From the NCBI GenBank assembly GCA_964633595.1, contig CAZWGV010000001.1, forward strand, positions 33,083 to 97,082: DNA of 64,000 nucleotides, written 5' to 3'. Both the position numbers and the translations under genes were made by a program. Numbering within the stretch: position 1 is the stretch's first letter; each line of letters opens with the position of its first letter. The notes beneath the pieces are model-generated. The model was not told the origin of the DNA. It did no database searches and worked only from the letters and a program-made list of their open reading frames with translations. This DNA is from an uncultured Coriobacteriaceae bacterium. GTDB lineage: Bacteria; Actinomycetota; Coriobacteriia; Anaerosomatales; CAZWGV01. Below, one piece after another: positions 54,010-63,280 of this stretch.

Positions 54010-55011
54010 GTGCTGACGCACTACTCGGCGGTAGACGCGGGGCAGGAACCACCAGCGTACGTTAGGACGAGGTCGCTGCCGACGTGCGTTGAGGACGTCG
54101 GCGCTTTGTCCGCAGAGCGGCTTTGGGAGGCCCACGACTCCGCCCTTCGCGGGGAGCGTGGAGACGACAGCGTGATCGCCGGTGCGGGGGCGAGCCTGCT
54201 CGCGCTCAAAGCCGAACTCGCGAGGCGGGCGCTGTCCTGTTGCCGGCTGTGCGGACACAGGTGCGGTGCCGATCGCGCTTCCGGGGTCCGCGGATCGTGT
54301 GGTGTGGGTGTCACCCCGCGCGTGGCGTCGGCCTTTCTGCACGGTGGAGAGGAGCCGGAGCTGGTGCCCTCGCACACCGTGTTCTTCGCCGGCTGCACCA
54401 TGGGCTGCGACTACTGTCAGAACTGGGATATCGCCTTTCGACCTGAGGCAGGGAGCCCCACCGATGCCCCCGCGCTCGCTCGGCTCTTCGAGGCCGGCCA
54501 GGCGAGCGGGGGCCGCAACCTCAACCTGGTCGGAGGCGACCCGACACCCAACCTACACACCATCCTCGAAGCGCTCGCTCTCACCGCCGCAGCCACCCCC
54601 GTTGTCTGGAACAGCAACATGTACATGGAAGAGGAGGCGGCCCGCCTCCTAGACGGGGTGGTCGATGTGTACCTGGCGGATCTCCGTTATGGCAACGACG
54701 AGTGCGCCAGGCGCCTGTCGGGAGTGGGGCGGTACTCAGAAGTCGTCCGACGAGCGGTGGGTGAGGCGCATCGCCAGACCGACGTGATGCTCCGCCACCT
54801 CGTCCTCCCCGGCCATGTCGAATGCTGTACGCGGCCGGTCATCGAGTGGGTCGGGGCGAACATCCCGGGTGTCTACTTCAACCTGATGTTCCAGTACAGA
54901 CCGTGCCACTTCGCCGCACGCCATCCAGAACTCGGGCGAGGCCTCACGTCAGGGGAGCGTGAGCTTGCCCTGAAGCTGGCGCAAGCTGGGGGGCTTGCAC
55001 TGGCGGGCTAG
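54010..55011 (+). CDS. radical SAM protein, PflX-like (putative glycyl-radical-enzyme-activase family)
   Basis: CTMGCDYCQNW is the CxxxCxxC motif. The upstream CRLCGHRCGADRASGVRGSCG motif is typical of COG1313-type proteins. Confidence 0.75.
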   Translation: MLTHYSAVDAGQEPPAYVRTRSLPTCVEDVGALSAERLWEAHDSALRGERGDDSVIAGAGASLLALKAELARRALSCCRLCGHRCGADRASGVRGSCGVGVTPRVASAFLHGGEEPELVPSHTVFFAGCTMGCDYCQNWDIAFRPEAGSPTDAPALARLFEAGQASGGRNLNLVGGDPTPNLHTILEALALTAAATPVVWNSNMYMEEEAARLLDGVVDVYLADLRYGNDECARRLSGVGRYSEVVRRAVGEAHRQTDVMLRHLVLPGHVECCTRPVIEWVGANIPGVYFNLMFQYRPCHFAARHPELGRGLTSGERELALKLAQAGGLALAG

Positions 55012-56186
55012 TCGCCAGTAGCGATCCGCTCGGCCTGATAGCGCAGGATAGCCGCCATGGCGGTGTCGGGCGCAACCTCGGCCACCCAGACCTCGCCCCC
55101 GTGGAGGATGGTGTGAGTGGTGGCCAGATCCACCAGGTCCACGTCGTCCGGGCCGCGCTCCTCATGTACCTCGACGTCGCCCATGTCCTGGTCGAAAGCG
55201 CCCCACAGGCTGGCGTCTGCTCCGACGAAGAGCGAGTCCACCTGCCCGTAGGCGGACGCTCGGACTATGGAGGGCGCCTGTGTCGTTGTGGCTGAGGAGC
55301 CACCGAGCTCCCTGAAGCGGGCGACGGCCTCCTCCCGCCGGCGTTCGAAGACGGCTCTCGCGATCGGCCAAGCTTTGGAGTGCATGGCCTCGACCGACAT
55401 GTTGTCTGGGTTGCCCGTGACACCCTCGGCGGTCACGGAGTGGTATGTGTCGGCTTCACGGTACATCGGGATCAGATACTCCACCGCAGCCACTATCACC
55501 GGGACGTTGGCATCCTTGAGAACTCTGCGTATGCCAGTCGAAACCCGCTTGCAGTACTCGGTCAGGTATCTGCTGGTCAGCCCGGTATCAGGTCCGCTGC
55601 CGTGGAAGATCGCGGCGCGCCGCCCGGCTCCCGACCTCGCCCCTCCCGTCCCGGTGTGGAACTGCAGTTGCTCGTCGAACCCGTCGTTGCGCAAGGCGTC
55701 CTGGATGTTGCGGGGCATGTCCCCCAGAGGTACGTCGACCAGGCCGTTTCGGTCTCCGAGGAACAATCTGACGCTCTTCTGGCTCAGTCCCAGCACATAG
55801 AAGCGCTCCCCCCGATCCACTGTGGGCAGGAGGGGCCGTATGTGGAAGCGGTCGCTCACCACCACCCGGTCCTCGAATGCGGCAGGCAGCCTGAAGACCC
55901 GCATGCTCTCGTGCGCTATGAAGACCGCGAGCCCTCCCGGTTGGGGTCGCCAGAACAGACCGTCATCCACCAGGTCCTTCCCTGGGTGAAGCAGGCGGTC
56001 GGCTTCGGCGCCGCGTGTCCCCTTTGCCCGCAGCTCATCTGCCGCCTGGCGCAGCAGGCTCTTCAGCTTGCGCGGGTCTTGGAGGTTGTCGGGTGCGGCG
56101 GGATGGGTGCTCATGAAGAGCGAGACGTGCTGGCCTCCTCGTGACTCACTCAGCGTGCGAAGCTCGTCCTGGGTTAGGGTGTCCAC
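55008..56186 (-). CDS. hypothetical protein, possibly baeRF (bacterial eRF1-like) family
   Basis: 392-aa intact ORF. The N-terminal LRTLSESRGGQHVSLFMSTHPAAPDNLQDPRKLKSLL pattern resembles baeRF-type proteins I recall. Weak assignment. Confidence 0.35.
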   Translation of the reverse strand: MDTLTQDELRTLSESRGGQHVSLFMSTHPAAPDNLQDPRKLKSLLRQAADELRAKGTRGAEADRLLHPGKDLVDDGLFWRPQPGGLAVFIAHESMRVFRLPAAFEDRVVVSDRFHIRPLLPTVDRGERFYVLGLSQKSVRLFLGDRNGLVDVPLGDMPRNIQDALRNDGFDEQLQFHTGTGGARSGAGRRAAIFHGSGPDTGLTSRYLTEYCKRVSTGIRRVLKDANVPVIVAAVEYLIPMYREADTYHSVTAEGVTGNPDNMSVEAMHSKAWPIARAVFERRREEAVARFRELGGSSATTTQAPSIVRASAYGQVDSLFVGADASLWGAFDQDMGDVEVHEERGPDDVDLVDLATTHTILHGGEVWVAEVAPDTAMAAILRYQAERIATGD

Positions 56187-56239
56187 CTGCGGCTGTCCCC
56201 CTTCTAGCGATCATCCTTCGTCAGGAAGGCTCGGCAACA

Positions 56240-56872
56240 TCATCTCTCGAAGATTCCCGTCGCGGTAGCGGATCCCAGCGTCACACCCGCAATAGCCTGC
56301 TCGAACTGGCCCAGAGACGCGTCTTCGGCGATGGTGACCTCCTCTTCAGCCAGCGCGTAGAGCGTGAACTCGTACGTATGGGGACCGCTGTCAGGTGGAG
56401 GCTGCGGACCGCCCCAACCGGGACTGCCAAAGGAGTTTTGCAGCTCTCGCGCGCCCTGCGGCATCCGGTCGCCGGATGCATCTTCCGGCAAGCCGGAGAC
56501 GCCTGAGGGTATGTCGACGATGAGCCAGTGCACCCAGTTGTCGGCCACTGGGTGTCTGTCCACCGCCGCCAGCGCGAATGAGCGTGTACCCTCGGGTGCC
56601 CCGTTCCAGCTGAGCGCTGGTGACACGTTGGTGCCCCCGTCAACCCGCTCGGTGGCGAGGCGGGGCGGCATGACGCCCCCACCTTCGAAGTTAGAGGACG
56701 ATAGCTCAAACATGCTTGCCTCTCCGCCCGGGCGGTCCGCCGCGGCCGGGGCTTCGGCTGGCGCACCGGTCTCGCTGGCGGGCGTGCATGCGAGAATCGC
56801 CGACAACGATGCCAAGAGGAGCGCCGCCATCGCAGTTCGTGCGCCGAGCAGATGCGCAGCGGGATGTCTCAC
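56240..56872 (-). CDS. YbhB/YbcL (PEBP) family lipoprotein
   Basis: ALSWNGAPEGTRSFALAAVDRHPVADNWVHWLIVDIP...GWGGPQPPPDSGPHTYEFTLYAL is the PEBP signature. Lipobox LSAILAC. Start is GTG 56872 or ATG 56830; the upstream part of the 315-aa ORF was rejected. Confidence 0.75.
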   Translation of the reverse strand: MRHPAAHLLGARTAMAALLLASLSAILACTPASETGAPAEAPAAADRPGGEASMFELSSSNFEGGGVMPPRLATERVDGGTNVSPALSWNGAPEGTRSFALAAVDRHPVADNWVHWLIVDIPSGVSGLPEDASGDRMPQGARELQNSFGSPGWGGPQPPPDSGPHTYEFTLYALAEEEVTIAEDASLGQFEQAIAGVTLGSATATGIFER

Positions 56873-56942
56873 ACTCCTTTGATTCCCATCGTGGCGCGAT
56901 CGACGCATTCGAGGTCGCATGGTGCGCCGAGCGGTGGGGGCG

Positions 56943-56948
56943 TATACT
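56943..56948 (+). promoter_or_regulatory. candidate -10 element TATACT for ffs
   Basis: Located about 11 nt upstream of the first base of the SRP RNA closing helix. Confidence 0.4.
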
Positions 56949-56959
56949 CTGCGGCGCGG

Positions 56960-57074
56960 GCGGCGCCTCCGGTCGGGTCTCGGGCGGCGGCATGTCGTGA
57001 ACCTGGTCAGGCCCGGGAGGGAGCAGCCATAAGCGGCCTCTGTCGGGTGTCCGGGATCCGACCGGGGGCGCCGC
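56960..57074 (+). ncRNA. ffs: small (4.5S-type) signal recognition particle RNA
   Basis: The core ACCTGGTCAGGCCCGGGAGGGAGCAGCCATAAGCGG matches the E. coli 4.5S helix-8 ACCAGGUCAGGUCCGGAAGGAAGCAGCCAAGGCAG, with a GNRA loop GGGA. The 5' gcggcgcctccggtcgg (56960-76) pairs with the 3' ccgaccgggggcgccgc (57058-74). Position upstream of dnaX-ybaB-recR is conserved synteny. Ends are accurate to about 5 nt. Confidence 0.85.
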
Positions 57075-57110
57075 TTCAAGCTCCGCTCGTGTCGGCTCGG
57101 CTCGGCTCGG

Positions 57111-57116
57111 TATACT
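57111..57116 (+). promoter_or_regulatory. candidate -10 element TATACT for dnaX operon
   Basis: Located 29 nt upstream of the dnaX ATG, with GAGGAAGG RBS between them. Confidence 0.4.
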
Positions 57117-57144
57117 CCTGTGCGCACACTCAGAGGAAGGTCCA

Positions 57145-59043
57145 ATGGCGCACCGCTCCCTGTATCGGAAGTACCGTCCCCAATCATTCGAGGACGTAGT
57201 CGGGCAGTCGCACGTCACCCGCACGCTGCGCAACGCGGTGCGAGACGGCGCGGTAGCGCATGCGTACCTCTTCGCCGGGCCTCGCGGTACTGGCAAGACC
57301 ACCACGGCACGCATCCTCGCGAAGGCGTTGCTCTGCGAGTCCGGCCCTACTCCAGATCCGGACAACACATGCGACCAGTGTGTCGAGGTCGCCGAGGGCA
57401 GACACCCGGATGTATACGAGCTCGACGCGGCGTCCAGGACGGGCGTGGAGAACGTCCGGGAGGAGATCATCGGCCGGGTCGCCTTCGCGCCCTCTCGGGG
57501 CCGCGGCAAGGTGTACATCATCGACGAGGTGCACATGCTGTCGGTCTCGGCTTTCAACGCGCTTCTGAAGACGCTGGAAGAGCCGCCGTCTCACGTCTAC
57601 TTCATCCTGTGCACCACCAATCCGGGCAAGGTTCTCGAGACGATCCAGTCCCGCTGCCAGCGCTTCGACTTCCACCGCATCGGTATCGAGGACATCGTCT
57701 CGCGCCTGGAGTGGATCGCCGAGGCCGAGGGAATCTCGGTCGCCGAGGGCGCTCTGACACTCGTCGCCAAGCATGCTTCTGGCGGGATGCGGGATGCCAT
57801 CGGTGCCCTGGAACAGCTCGCTTCCTTCACGGGCAACGCTATCGCGATGGCGGACGTCGAAGGCTTGCTGGGAGAGGTCGACAGCGCTCTGCTGTTCGAG
57901 GTTGTCGACCTCGTGGCGGCTCGAGACGTAGGCGGGGCTTTCCGCTTCTCCGCGGCCCTGGCGACCACAGGAGTGGACATACCAGAATTCGCCAGGAGCC
58001 TGGCTGGTCACTTCCGGGACTTGTTCATCATGGTGTCGGTTGGGGATGCTCACGGGATCGTCGATCGCCCCGAGGACGACGTCGCTCGTCTGTCGGGGCA
58101 GGCGCGCGATCTTGGGCACGACAGGCTCACCAGGTGCCTCGATATCCTCGGTGAACTCTCGGCCGAGATGCGCTGGACCTCCGACCCCAGGCTCGGTCTG
58201 GAAGTCGCCTTGGCTCGGATGTGTCGACCGTCCGGAGACCTCACGCTAGAGTCGCTTGCCGAGCGGGTGGCCGCCCTCGAGGCTTCGGCGGCCCTGAGCG
58301 GGGCGGTCTCTCGGGCTGCGACCACGCCGCTGAGCGCAACCCCCGAAACCCCCGCCCTCCCAGCCACCGGACGGCCGGAGGAAGACCCTGCGACGATAGC
58401 GGACGCCGAAGCTGCACCCGAGTTGGCAGAGCAAGACATGCGAGCGTCCACCGTCGGCGCCGATGAGGACCAGCCATCCGGGTCCGATGAGCGGGGACCG
58501 GATTCGGTCGGGGAAGCGGCCGTCACCGAGCATGGGGTGTCTGCCAGGGCCCCCGGAGCAGCGCTCGACAGGGCGGCCGCCAAGCGCGCTTGGCCGGCAG
58601 TGGTCCAGGAGATGCGCAAAGTGCGGATGTCGCGAGCACAGCTGTTCACGGCTACGGAAGTCGACGTTGACAACGACGGGGCCACGCTGGTGGTGGAGTT
58701 CGGCAGCGACCAGGGCTTTGCGCTTCAGCGAGCTCGCGACCCCGAGAGCCTGATGGTGCTGCGCAACGCTCTGGCAAGCGTCTTGGGAACAGTCCCGCCG
58801 GTGCGGTATCAGCTAGGCAGGGGTCCTGTTAGGCCAGCGGTCGAACCCGTTCCCGTTGCTCATGGAGCGCGAGTGGACGTCCCCGCAGCCACGGTGCCCG
58901 ACGAGACCGGTGGCGTGCCGCAAGCCGCAAGAGCGGACTCGGAAGATCGACGCAGTCTCGAGAAGCAAATACTAGAAGACCTCGGTGCGGAGGTCGTGGT
59001 TGAACACGGTCATGATGAAGGCGGTCGAAAGGACGACGAGTGA
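57145..59043 (+). CDS. dnaX: DNA polymerase III subunit gamma/tau
   Basis: YRKYRPQSFEDVVGQ, GPRGTGKTT, the zinc module CDQCVEV, IIDEVHMLS, and SRCQRFDF. Confidence 0.92.
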   Translation: MAHRSLYRKYRPQSFEDVVGQSHVTRTLRNAVRDGAVAHAYLFAGPRGTGKTTTARILAKALLCESGPTPDPDNTCDQCVEVAEGRHPDVYELDAASRTGVENVREEIIGRVAFAPSRGRGKVYIIDEVHMLSVSAFNALLKTLEEPPSHVYFILCTTNPGKVLETIQSRCQRFDFHRIGIEDIVSRLEWIAEAEGISVAEGALTLVAKHASGGMRDAIGALEQLASFTGNAIAMADVEGLLGEVDSALLFEVVDLVAARDVGGAFRFSAALATTGVDIPEFARSLAGHFRDLFIMVSVGDAHGIVDRPEDDVARLSGQARDLGHDRLTRCLDILGELSAEMRWTSDPRLGLEVALARMCRPSGDLTLESLAERVAALEASAALSGAVSRAATTPLSATPETPALPATGRPEEDPATIADAEAAPELAEQDMRASTVGADEDQPSGSDERGPDSVGEAAVTEHGVSARAPGAALDRAAAKRAWPAVVQEMRKVRMSRAQLFTATEVDVDNDGATLVVEFGSDQGFALQRARDPESLMVLRNALASVLGTVPPVRYQLGRGPVRPAVEPVPVAHGARVDVPAATVPDETGGVPQAARADSEDRRSLEKQILEDLGAEVVVEHGHDEGGRKDDE

Positions 59044-59354
59044 AGCCCAACTTCGGCGACATGATGAAGCAGGCCCAGAAGATGCAGGCCGAGATGGCGC
59101 GCGTGCAAGAGGAACTCAGGGACGAGCGCGTCGAGGCTTCGGTTGGAGGGGGGGCGGTGCGCGTTGTGATGACCGGTGATCTCAAGGTGGACAACGTGGT
59201 TATCGACCCCGCCGTCGTCGACCCCGACGAAGTCTCGATGCTCGAAGACATGATGGCTGCAGCTTTCAACGAGGCCGCCCGGATGGCCCAGGAGCTTGCC
59301 TCTCAGAAGATGGCTACGGTCACCGGCGGGTTCAACATCCCTGGACTGATGTAG
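59040..59354 (+). CDS. ybaB: YbaB/EbfC nucleoid-associated protein
   Basis: 104 aa: MMKQAQKMQAEMARVQEEL...GGGAVRVVMTGDLKV. It overlaps the dnaX stop. Confidence 0.88.
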   Translation: MKPNFGDMMKQAQKMQAEMARVQEELRDERVEASVGGGAVRVVMTGDLKVDNVVIDPAVVDPDEVSMLEDMMAAAFNEAARMAQELASQKMATVTGGFNIPGLM

Positions 59355-59362
59355 GGGCCCGC

Positions 59363-59962
59363 ATGTCGCTGTACCCAGCAGCGGTCGCTCGACTCATCGA
59401 GGAGTTGGAGAGGCTTCCAGGCATAGGGCCCAAGTCGGCGCAGCGTCTGGCGTTCCACATTCTGCGTGGAGAAGATGAGGCGGCCGGTCGGCTCGCTGAG
59501 TCGCTAGTCGAGGTCAAGCGGTCCGTTCGGTTCTGCTCGCGCTGCTTCAACTTCGCACAGGGCGATCTCTGTGACATATGTGTCGACCCCGAGCGAGACA
59601 CTACGGTGCTGTGCGCTGTTGAGGAACCGCGTGACGTCGTGGCCATCGAGCGGACGGGCGAGTTCCGGGGGGCTTATCACGTCTTGCACGGAGCGCTGTC
59701 CCCGATGGACGGGATCGGGGCCGACCAACTCCGGATACGAGAGCTCATCCGGAGGATCGAGAGCGATGGGATAGAGGAGATCGTGGTTGCGACGAACCCG
59801 AATGTTGAGGGCGAGACCACCGCGCTCTACCTAGCCAAGCTCATCAAGCCACTGGGCGTCAAGGTCACGCGCATCGCCTCCGGCTTGCCGGTAGGAGGAG
59901 ATCTCGAGTACGCCGACGAGGTGACTCTCGGTCGCGCGCTCGAAGCGCGACGAGAGATGTGA
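59363..59962 (+). CDS. recR: recombination protein RecR
   Basis: LPGIGPKSAQRLAFHIL, Cys4 zinc finger CSRCFNF...CDIC, and Toprim motif VVATNPNVEGETTALYL. Confidence 0.92.
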   Translation: MSLYPAAVARLIEELERLPGIGPKSAQRLAFHILRGEDEAAGRLAESLVEVKRSVRFCSRCFNFAQGDLCDICVDPERDTTVLCAVEEPRDVVAIERTGEFRGAYHVLHGALSPMDGIGADQLRIRELIRRIESDGIEEIVVATNPNVEGETTALYLAKLIKPLGVKVTRIASGLPVGGDLEYADEVTLGRALEARREM

Positions 59963-60154
59963 AAGCCAGACACGAGCACCCGCTCTTGCTGCCGCATCCG
60001 TTGTGGTAAGCTCACGGTCCCGACGCGCCCGGGAAGTTGAACTCGGCAGACCTCCTGTTTGAAGTCTCCGAGGGCGGGTGACGGGCGGGCTCGGTGCGGA
60101 CCCTCTAGGGTCCGCTCACTGTATGCGGCGGACGAACATTCGAAGGGAGAGGAC

Positions 60155-60727
60155 ATGCAGCGGCTGACGGAGATCCGCTGGCATGCGCGGGCCGGGCAGG
60201 GAGCAGTGACTGCGGCGAAGCTTGTCGCGGAGACCGCTCTCGAGCTCGATCAGTACATGCAGGCAATGCCCGAGTACGGGCCGGAGCGCATGGGTGCCCC
60301 CATACAGGCATTCACGCGCATCAGCGACGCCCCGATAGAGATCCGCAACAACATCGAGAACCCTGACGTCGTGGCCGTGCTCGATGAGACGCTGTTGCCG
60401 ATCGTTGACGTCACGAGCGGGCTGGCTGCGGACGGTGTGGTCATGGTCAACACGTGCAGCCCTCCTGAGCAGGTGCGCGAGAGGCTCGGGTTGGCGGGCG
60501 GGACCGTAGCTAGTGTCGATGCCACCGGCATAGCCAAGGAGACACTCGAGCGCGACATGCCTAACACCCCTATGTTGGGGGCGCTCGCCAAGGTGACCGG
60601 TCTGTTCACACTCGATCAGCTCACCGATCACGTGGCAAAGATGTTCGGCAAGAAGTTCTCACAGCAGGTGGTGGACGCCAACGTCGCAGCCGTCGCGCGA
60701 GCGTACGAGGAGGTTCAGACCTCATGA
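60155..60727 (+). CDS. 2-oxoacid:ferredoxin oxidoreductase gamma subunit (pyruvate/2-ketoisovalerate type)
   Basis: ATG 60155 follows GGGAGAGG. IRWHARAGQGAVTAAKLVAE is the typical gamma N-terminus. Confidence 0.85.
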   Translation: MQRLTEIRWHARAGQGAVTAAKLVAETALELDQYMQAMPEYGPERMGAPIQAFTRISDAPIEIRNNIENPDVVAVLDETLLPIVDVTSGLAADGVVMVNTCSPPEQVRERLGLAGGTVASVDATGIAKETLERDMPNTPMLGALAKVTGLFTLDQLTDHVAKMFGKKFSQQVVDANVAAVARAYEEVQTS

Positions 60728-61044
60728 AGTGGGACATCTCAAAGATCAACTCGTGGAAGTCGGACGAGTTCCCCCGCGGGGCGATCATCCCCGAGGCGGG
60801 CAACTCGCACTACTACTCGACCGGAGGCTGGCGCAGCGAGCGGCCGCACCGCGACGACGACACGTGTAACCAGTGCCTTTTGTGTTGGATATTCTGCCCC
60901 GACACCGCAGTGGTCGTCCGCGACGAGAAGGTGGTCGACTTCGACCTGGATCACTGCAAGGGATGCGGCATCTGCGCCAACGAGTGCCCAGTGGAGGCGA
61001 TCACCATGTCTCCCGAGGGCTGCGAGCTTCCGGAGGTGGGATAG
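60724..61044 (+). CDS. 2-oxoacid:ferredoxin oxidoreductase delta subunit (2x[4Fe-4S] ferredoxin)
   Basis: CNQCLLCWIFCP and CKGCGICANECP cluster motifs. It overlaps the gamma stop. Confidence 0.85.
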   Translation: MKWDISKINSWKSDEFPRGAIIPEAGNSHYYSTGGWRSERPHRDDDTCNQCLLCWIFCPDTAVVVRDEKVVDFDLDHCKGCGICANECPVEAITMSPEGCELPEVG

Positions 61045-62232
61045 ATGGCCGAGCAGACAACGGTAGCGATCACGGGTAACGCTCTGCTCGCCGAGGCCAT
61101 GCGGCAGTGCAGGCCAGAGGTCGTGGCCGCCTACCCCATCACCCCCCAGACAAACATTGTCGAGGACTTCGCGAAGTTCGTCGCCGAGGGCAGCGTGCAG
61201 TCCGAGTACGTAACGGTGGAGTCCGAGCACTCGGCGATGAGTGCCTGCATCGGTGCGTCATCGGCGGGAGCGCGCGTCATGACCGCGACGTGCGGCCCCG
61301 GGCTCGCCCTCATGTGGGAGCTCCTGTACGTTGCTTCGGGCATGCGGCTGCCGATCGTCATGGTCAACACGAACCGGGCGCTCTCGGCCCCCATCAACAT
61401 CCACTGCGATCACAGCGACGTGATGGGCGCGAGGGACTCCGGGTGGATCATCCTCTTTGCCGAGACCGCCGAGGAGGCGTACGACAACACCATCATCGCC
61501 ATGCGCGTTGCCGAGCACGGTGACGTCCTGCTCCCCGCGATGAGTTGCGTGGATGGGTTCATCATCACGCACGCGATCGACCGAGCGCAGCTGATGGACG
61601 ATGAGACCGTTGCGACGTTCGTGGGCGAGTACCAGCATCAGTTCTCGCTGCTGGATGAGGGATCACCGTCAAGTCACGGCAACTTCGCCGGACTGGGCGG
61701 GCCGTACTTCGAGTTCAAGAAGGAGCAACGCAAGGCTATCGACGCCTCGATGCCCGTAGTCAAGAGCGTCGGCGCCGAGTGGTCGTCCATCTGCGGTCGT
61801 CCGTTCGACGTCGTTGAGGGGTTTGGGATGGACGATGCCGAGGTCTGCATCGTCATCCTCGGCTCCTCCGCCGGCAACGCACGCCATGTCGCCAGACAGC
61901 TCCGCGCTGAGGGCGTCAAGGCGGGGGTATTGAAGATCCGCTGCTTCCGCCCCTTCCCGGCGGAGGAGATTCGGAACGCCCTTGGGGGCCGTCGAGCTAT
62001 CGCTGTCCTAGACCGGGCCGACTCTTTCGGTGCTGAGGGCGGCCCACTCTACGGCGAGATCCGGAGCGCACTCTACGAGCTGGAGCAGAGACCCCCCGTC
62101 GTGAACTACGTCTACGGGCTCGGCGGTGCAGATGTCCGCCTAGAGCTGATGGAGGAGGTCTTCTCGGACCTGTCGAAGATCGCCTCGGGTGCGGCCAGTC
62201 CGTTCGGCATGCGTTACCTAGGCACAAGGTAG
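61045..62232 (+). CDS. 2-oxoacid:ferredoxin oxidoreductase alpha subunit
   Basis: GNALLAEAMRQC..VVAAYPITPQT, ESEHSAMSACIGAS.AGARVMTAT.GPGL. Confidence 0.88.
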   Translation: MAEQTTVAITGNALLAEAMRQCRPEVVAAYPITPQTNIVEDFAKFVAEGSVQSEYVTVESEHSAMSACIGASSAGARVMTATCGPGLALMWELLYVASGMRLPIVMVNTNRALSAPINIHCDHSDVMGARDSGWIILFAETAEEAYDNTIIAMRVAEHGDVLLPAMSCVDGFIITHAIDRAQLMDDETVATFVGEYQHQFSLLDEGSPSSHGNFAGLGGPYFEFKKEQRKAIDASMPVVKSVGAEWSSICGRPFDVVEGFGMDDAEVCIVILGSSAGNARHVARQLRAEGVKAGVLKIRCFRPFPAEEIRNALGGRRAIAVLDRADSFGAEGGPLYGEIRSALYELEQRPPVVNYVYGLGGADVRLELMEEVFSDLSKIASGAASPFGMRYLGTR

Positions 62233-62241
62233 GAGGACGAA

Positions 62242-63171
62242 ATGGCTTCCCTCAAGGAACTCACACACCGGGAGGACCGGCTAGCCAGCGGGCACCGTCT
62301 ATGCGCTGGCTGCGGAGCGTCCATAGCGATGAGGCAGATCATGCTGGGGGCGGGGACAGATCCGCTTGTGGTGGGATGCGCCACCGGATGTCTCCAGGTA
62401 TCGACCTCGATCTACCCCTACTCCTCGTGGAAGTGCTCCTATATACACAGTGCTTTCGAGAACTCGGCGGCCACTGTCTCCGGCATCGAGGCGGCGTTCC
62501 AAGGGCTCAAGCGGGCTGGGAAGATCCCCACGGACAAGCCTTTCAAGTTCATGGCTGTCGCAGGCGATGGCGGCAGTTATGACATCGGTTTCCAGTCGCT
62601 CTCGGGTGCGATGGAGCGCGGACACGACATGGTCTACGTCTGCTACGACAACGGCGCCTACATGAACACCGGTATTCAGCGGTCGTCGGCAACGCCCAAG
62701 TACGCCTGGGCGACGACGTGTGAAGTTGGCTCGGCCCAGCAGGGCAAGATACAGCGGCGCAAGGATTTGACCGCGATCATGGCCGCGCACAACATCCCCT
62801 ATGTCGCGCAAGCATCGATCAGCCACTGGAAGGACCTCACGACGAAGGCGGCAAAGGCGTTCGCGGTGGAGGGGCCAGCCTTCCTGAACGTGTTCGCGCC
62901 TTGTCCGCGTGGCTGGCGGCTTGCATTCAACAAGGCGGTCGAAAGCGCTAAGACGGCAGTCCAGACGGGCTTGTGGCCCCTGTTCGAGGTCGAAGACGGT
63001 GTATGGCGGCAGACGGTCAAGGTACGCGAGCGCAAGCCCGTAGATGAGTTCTTGAAGCCGCAGGGTCGTTTCAAGCACCTCTTCAAGCCGGAGAACGCCG
63101 ATCTGCTGTCTGAGATACAAGCCGACGTCGATCGCAACTGGGAGAGCCTGCTGGCGAAGTGTGCCGAATGA
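62242..63171 (+). CDS. 2-oxoacid:ferredoxin oxidoreductase beta subunit (TPP-binding)
   Basis: CAGCG..., GDGGSYDIGFQSL, and YVCYDNGAYMNTGIQRS (the TPP/Mg motif). Confidence 0.88.
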   Translation: MASLKELTHREDRLASGHRLCAGCGASIAMRQIMLGAGTDPLVVGCATGCLQVSTSIYPYSSWKCSYIHSAFENSAATVSGIEAAFQGLKRAGKIPTDKPFKFMAVAGDGGSYDIGFQSLSGAMERGHDMVYVCYDNGAYMNTGIQRSSATPKYAWATTCEVGSAQQGKIQRRKDLTAIMAAHNIPYVAQASISHWKDLTTKAAKAFAVEGPAFLNVFAPCPRGWRLAFNKAVESAKTAVQTGLWPLFEVEDGVWRQTVKVRERKPVDEFLKPQGRFKHLFKPENADLLSEIQADVDRNWESLLAKCAE

Positions 63172-63193
63172 TAGTAGTCTGAGCCTGGTCACC

Positions 63194-63223
63194 AAGGGGG
63201 GGTTCGGCCGAGCCGAGCCCCTT
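63194..63223 (+). terminator. candidate hairpin terminator after the oxidoreductase operon
   Basis: aagggg...cggc-cga-gccg...cccctt followed by cttcctttcc. An imperfect stem. Confidence 0.35.
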
Positions 63224-63280
63224 CTTCCTTTCCGGAATGGCCGAGGTTGCCCGCTTGGCGGCTCCGACGAAGGGCTTCGC

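Noticed and set aside
57145-59043. A programmed -1 frameshift site in dnaX (gamma versus tau), as in E. coli.
   Set aside because: No A-AAA-AAG-type slippery heptamer is visible in the gene, so no claim is made.
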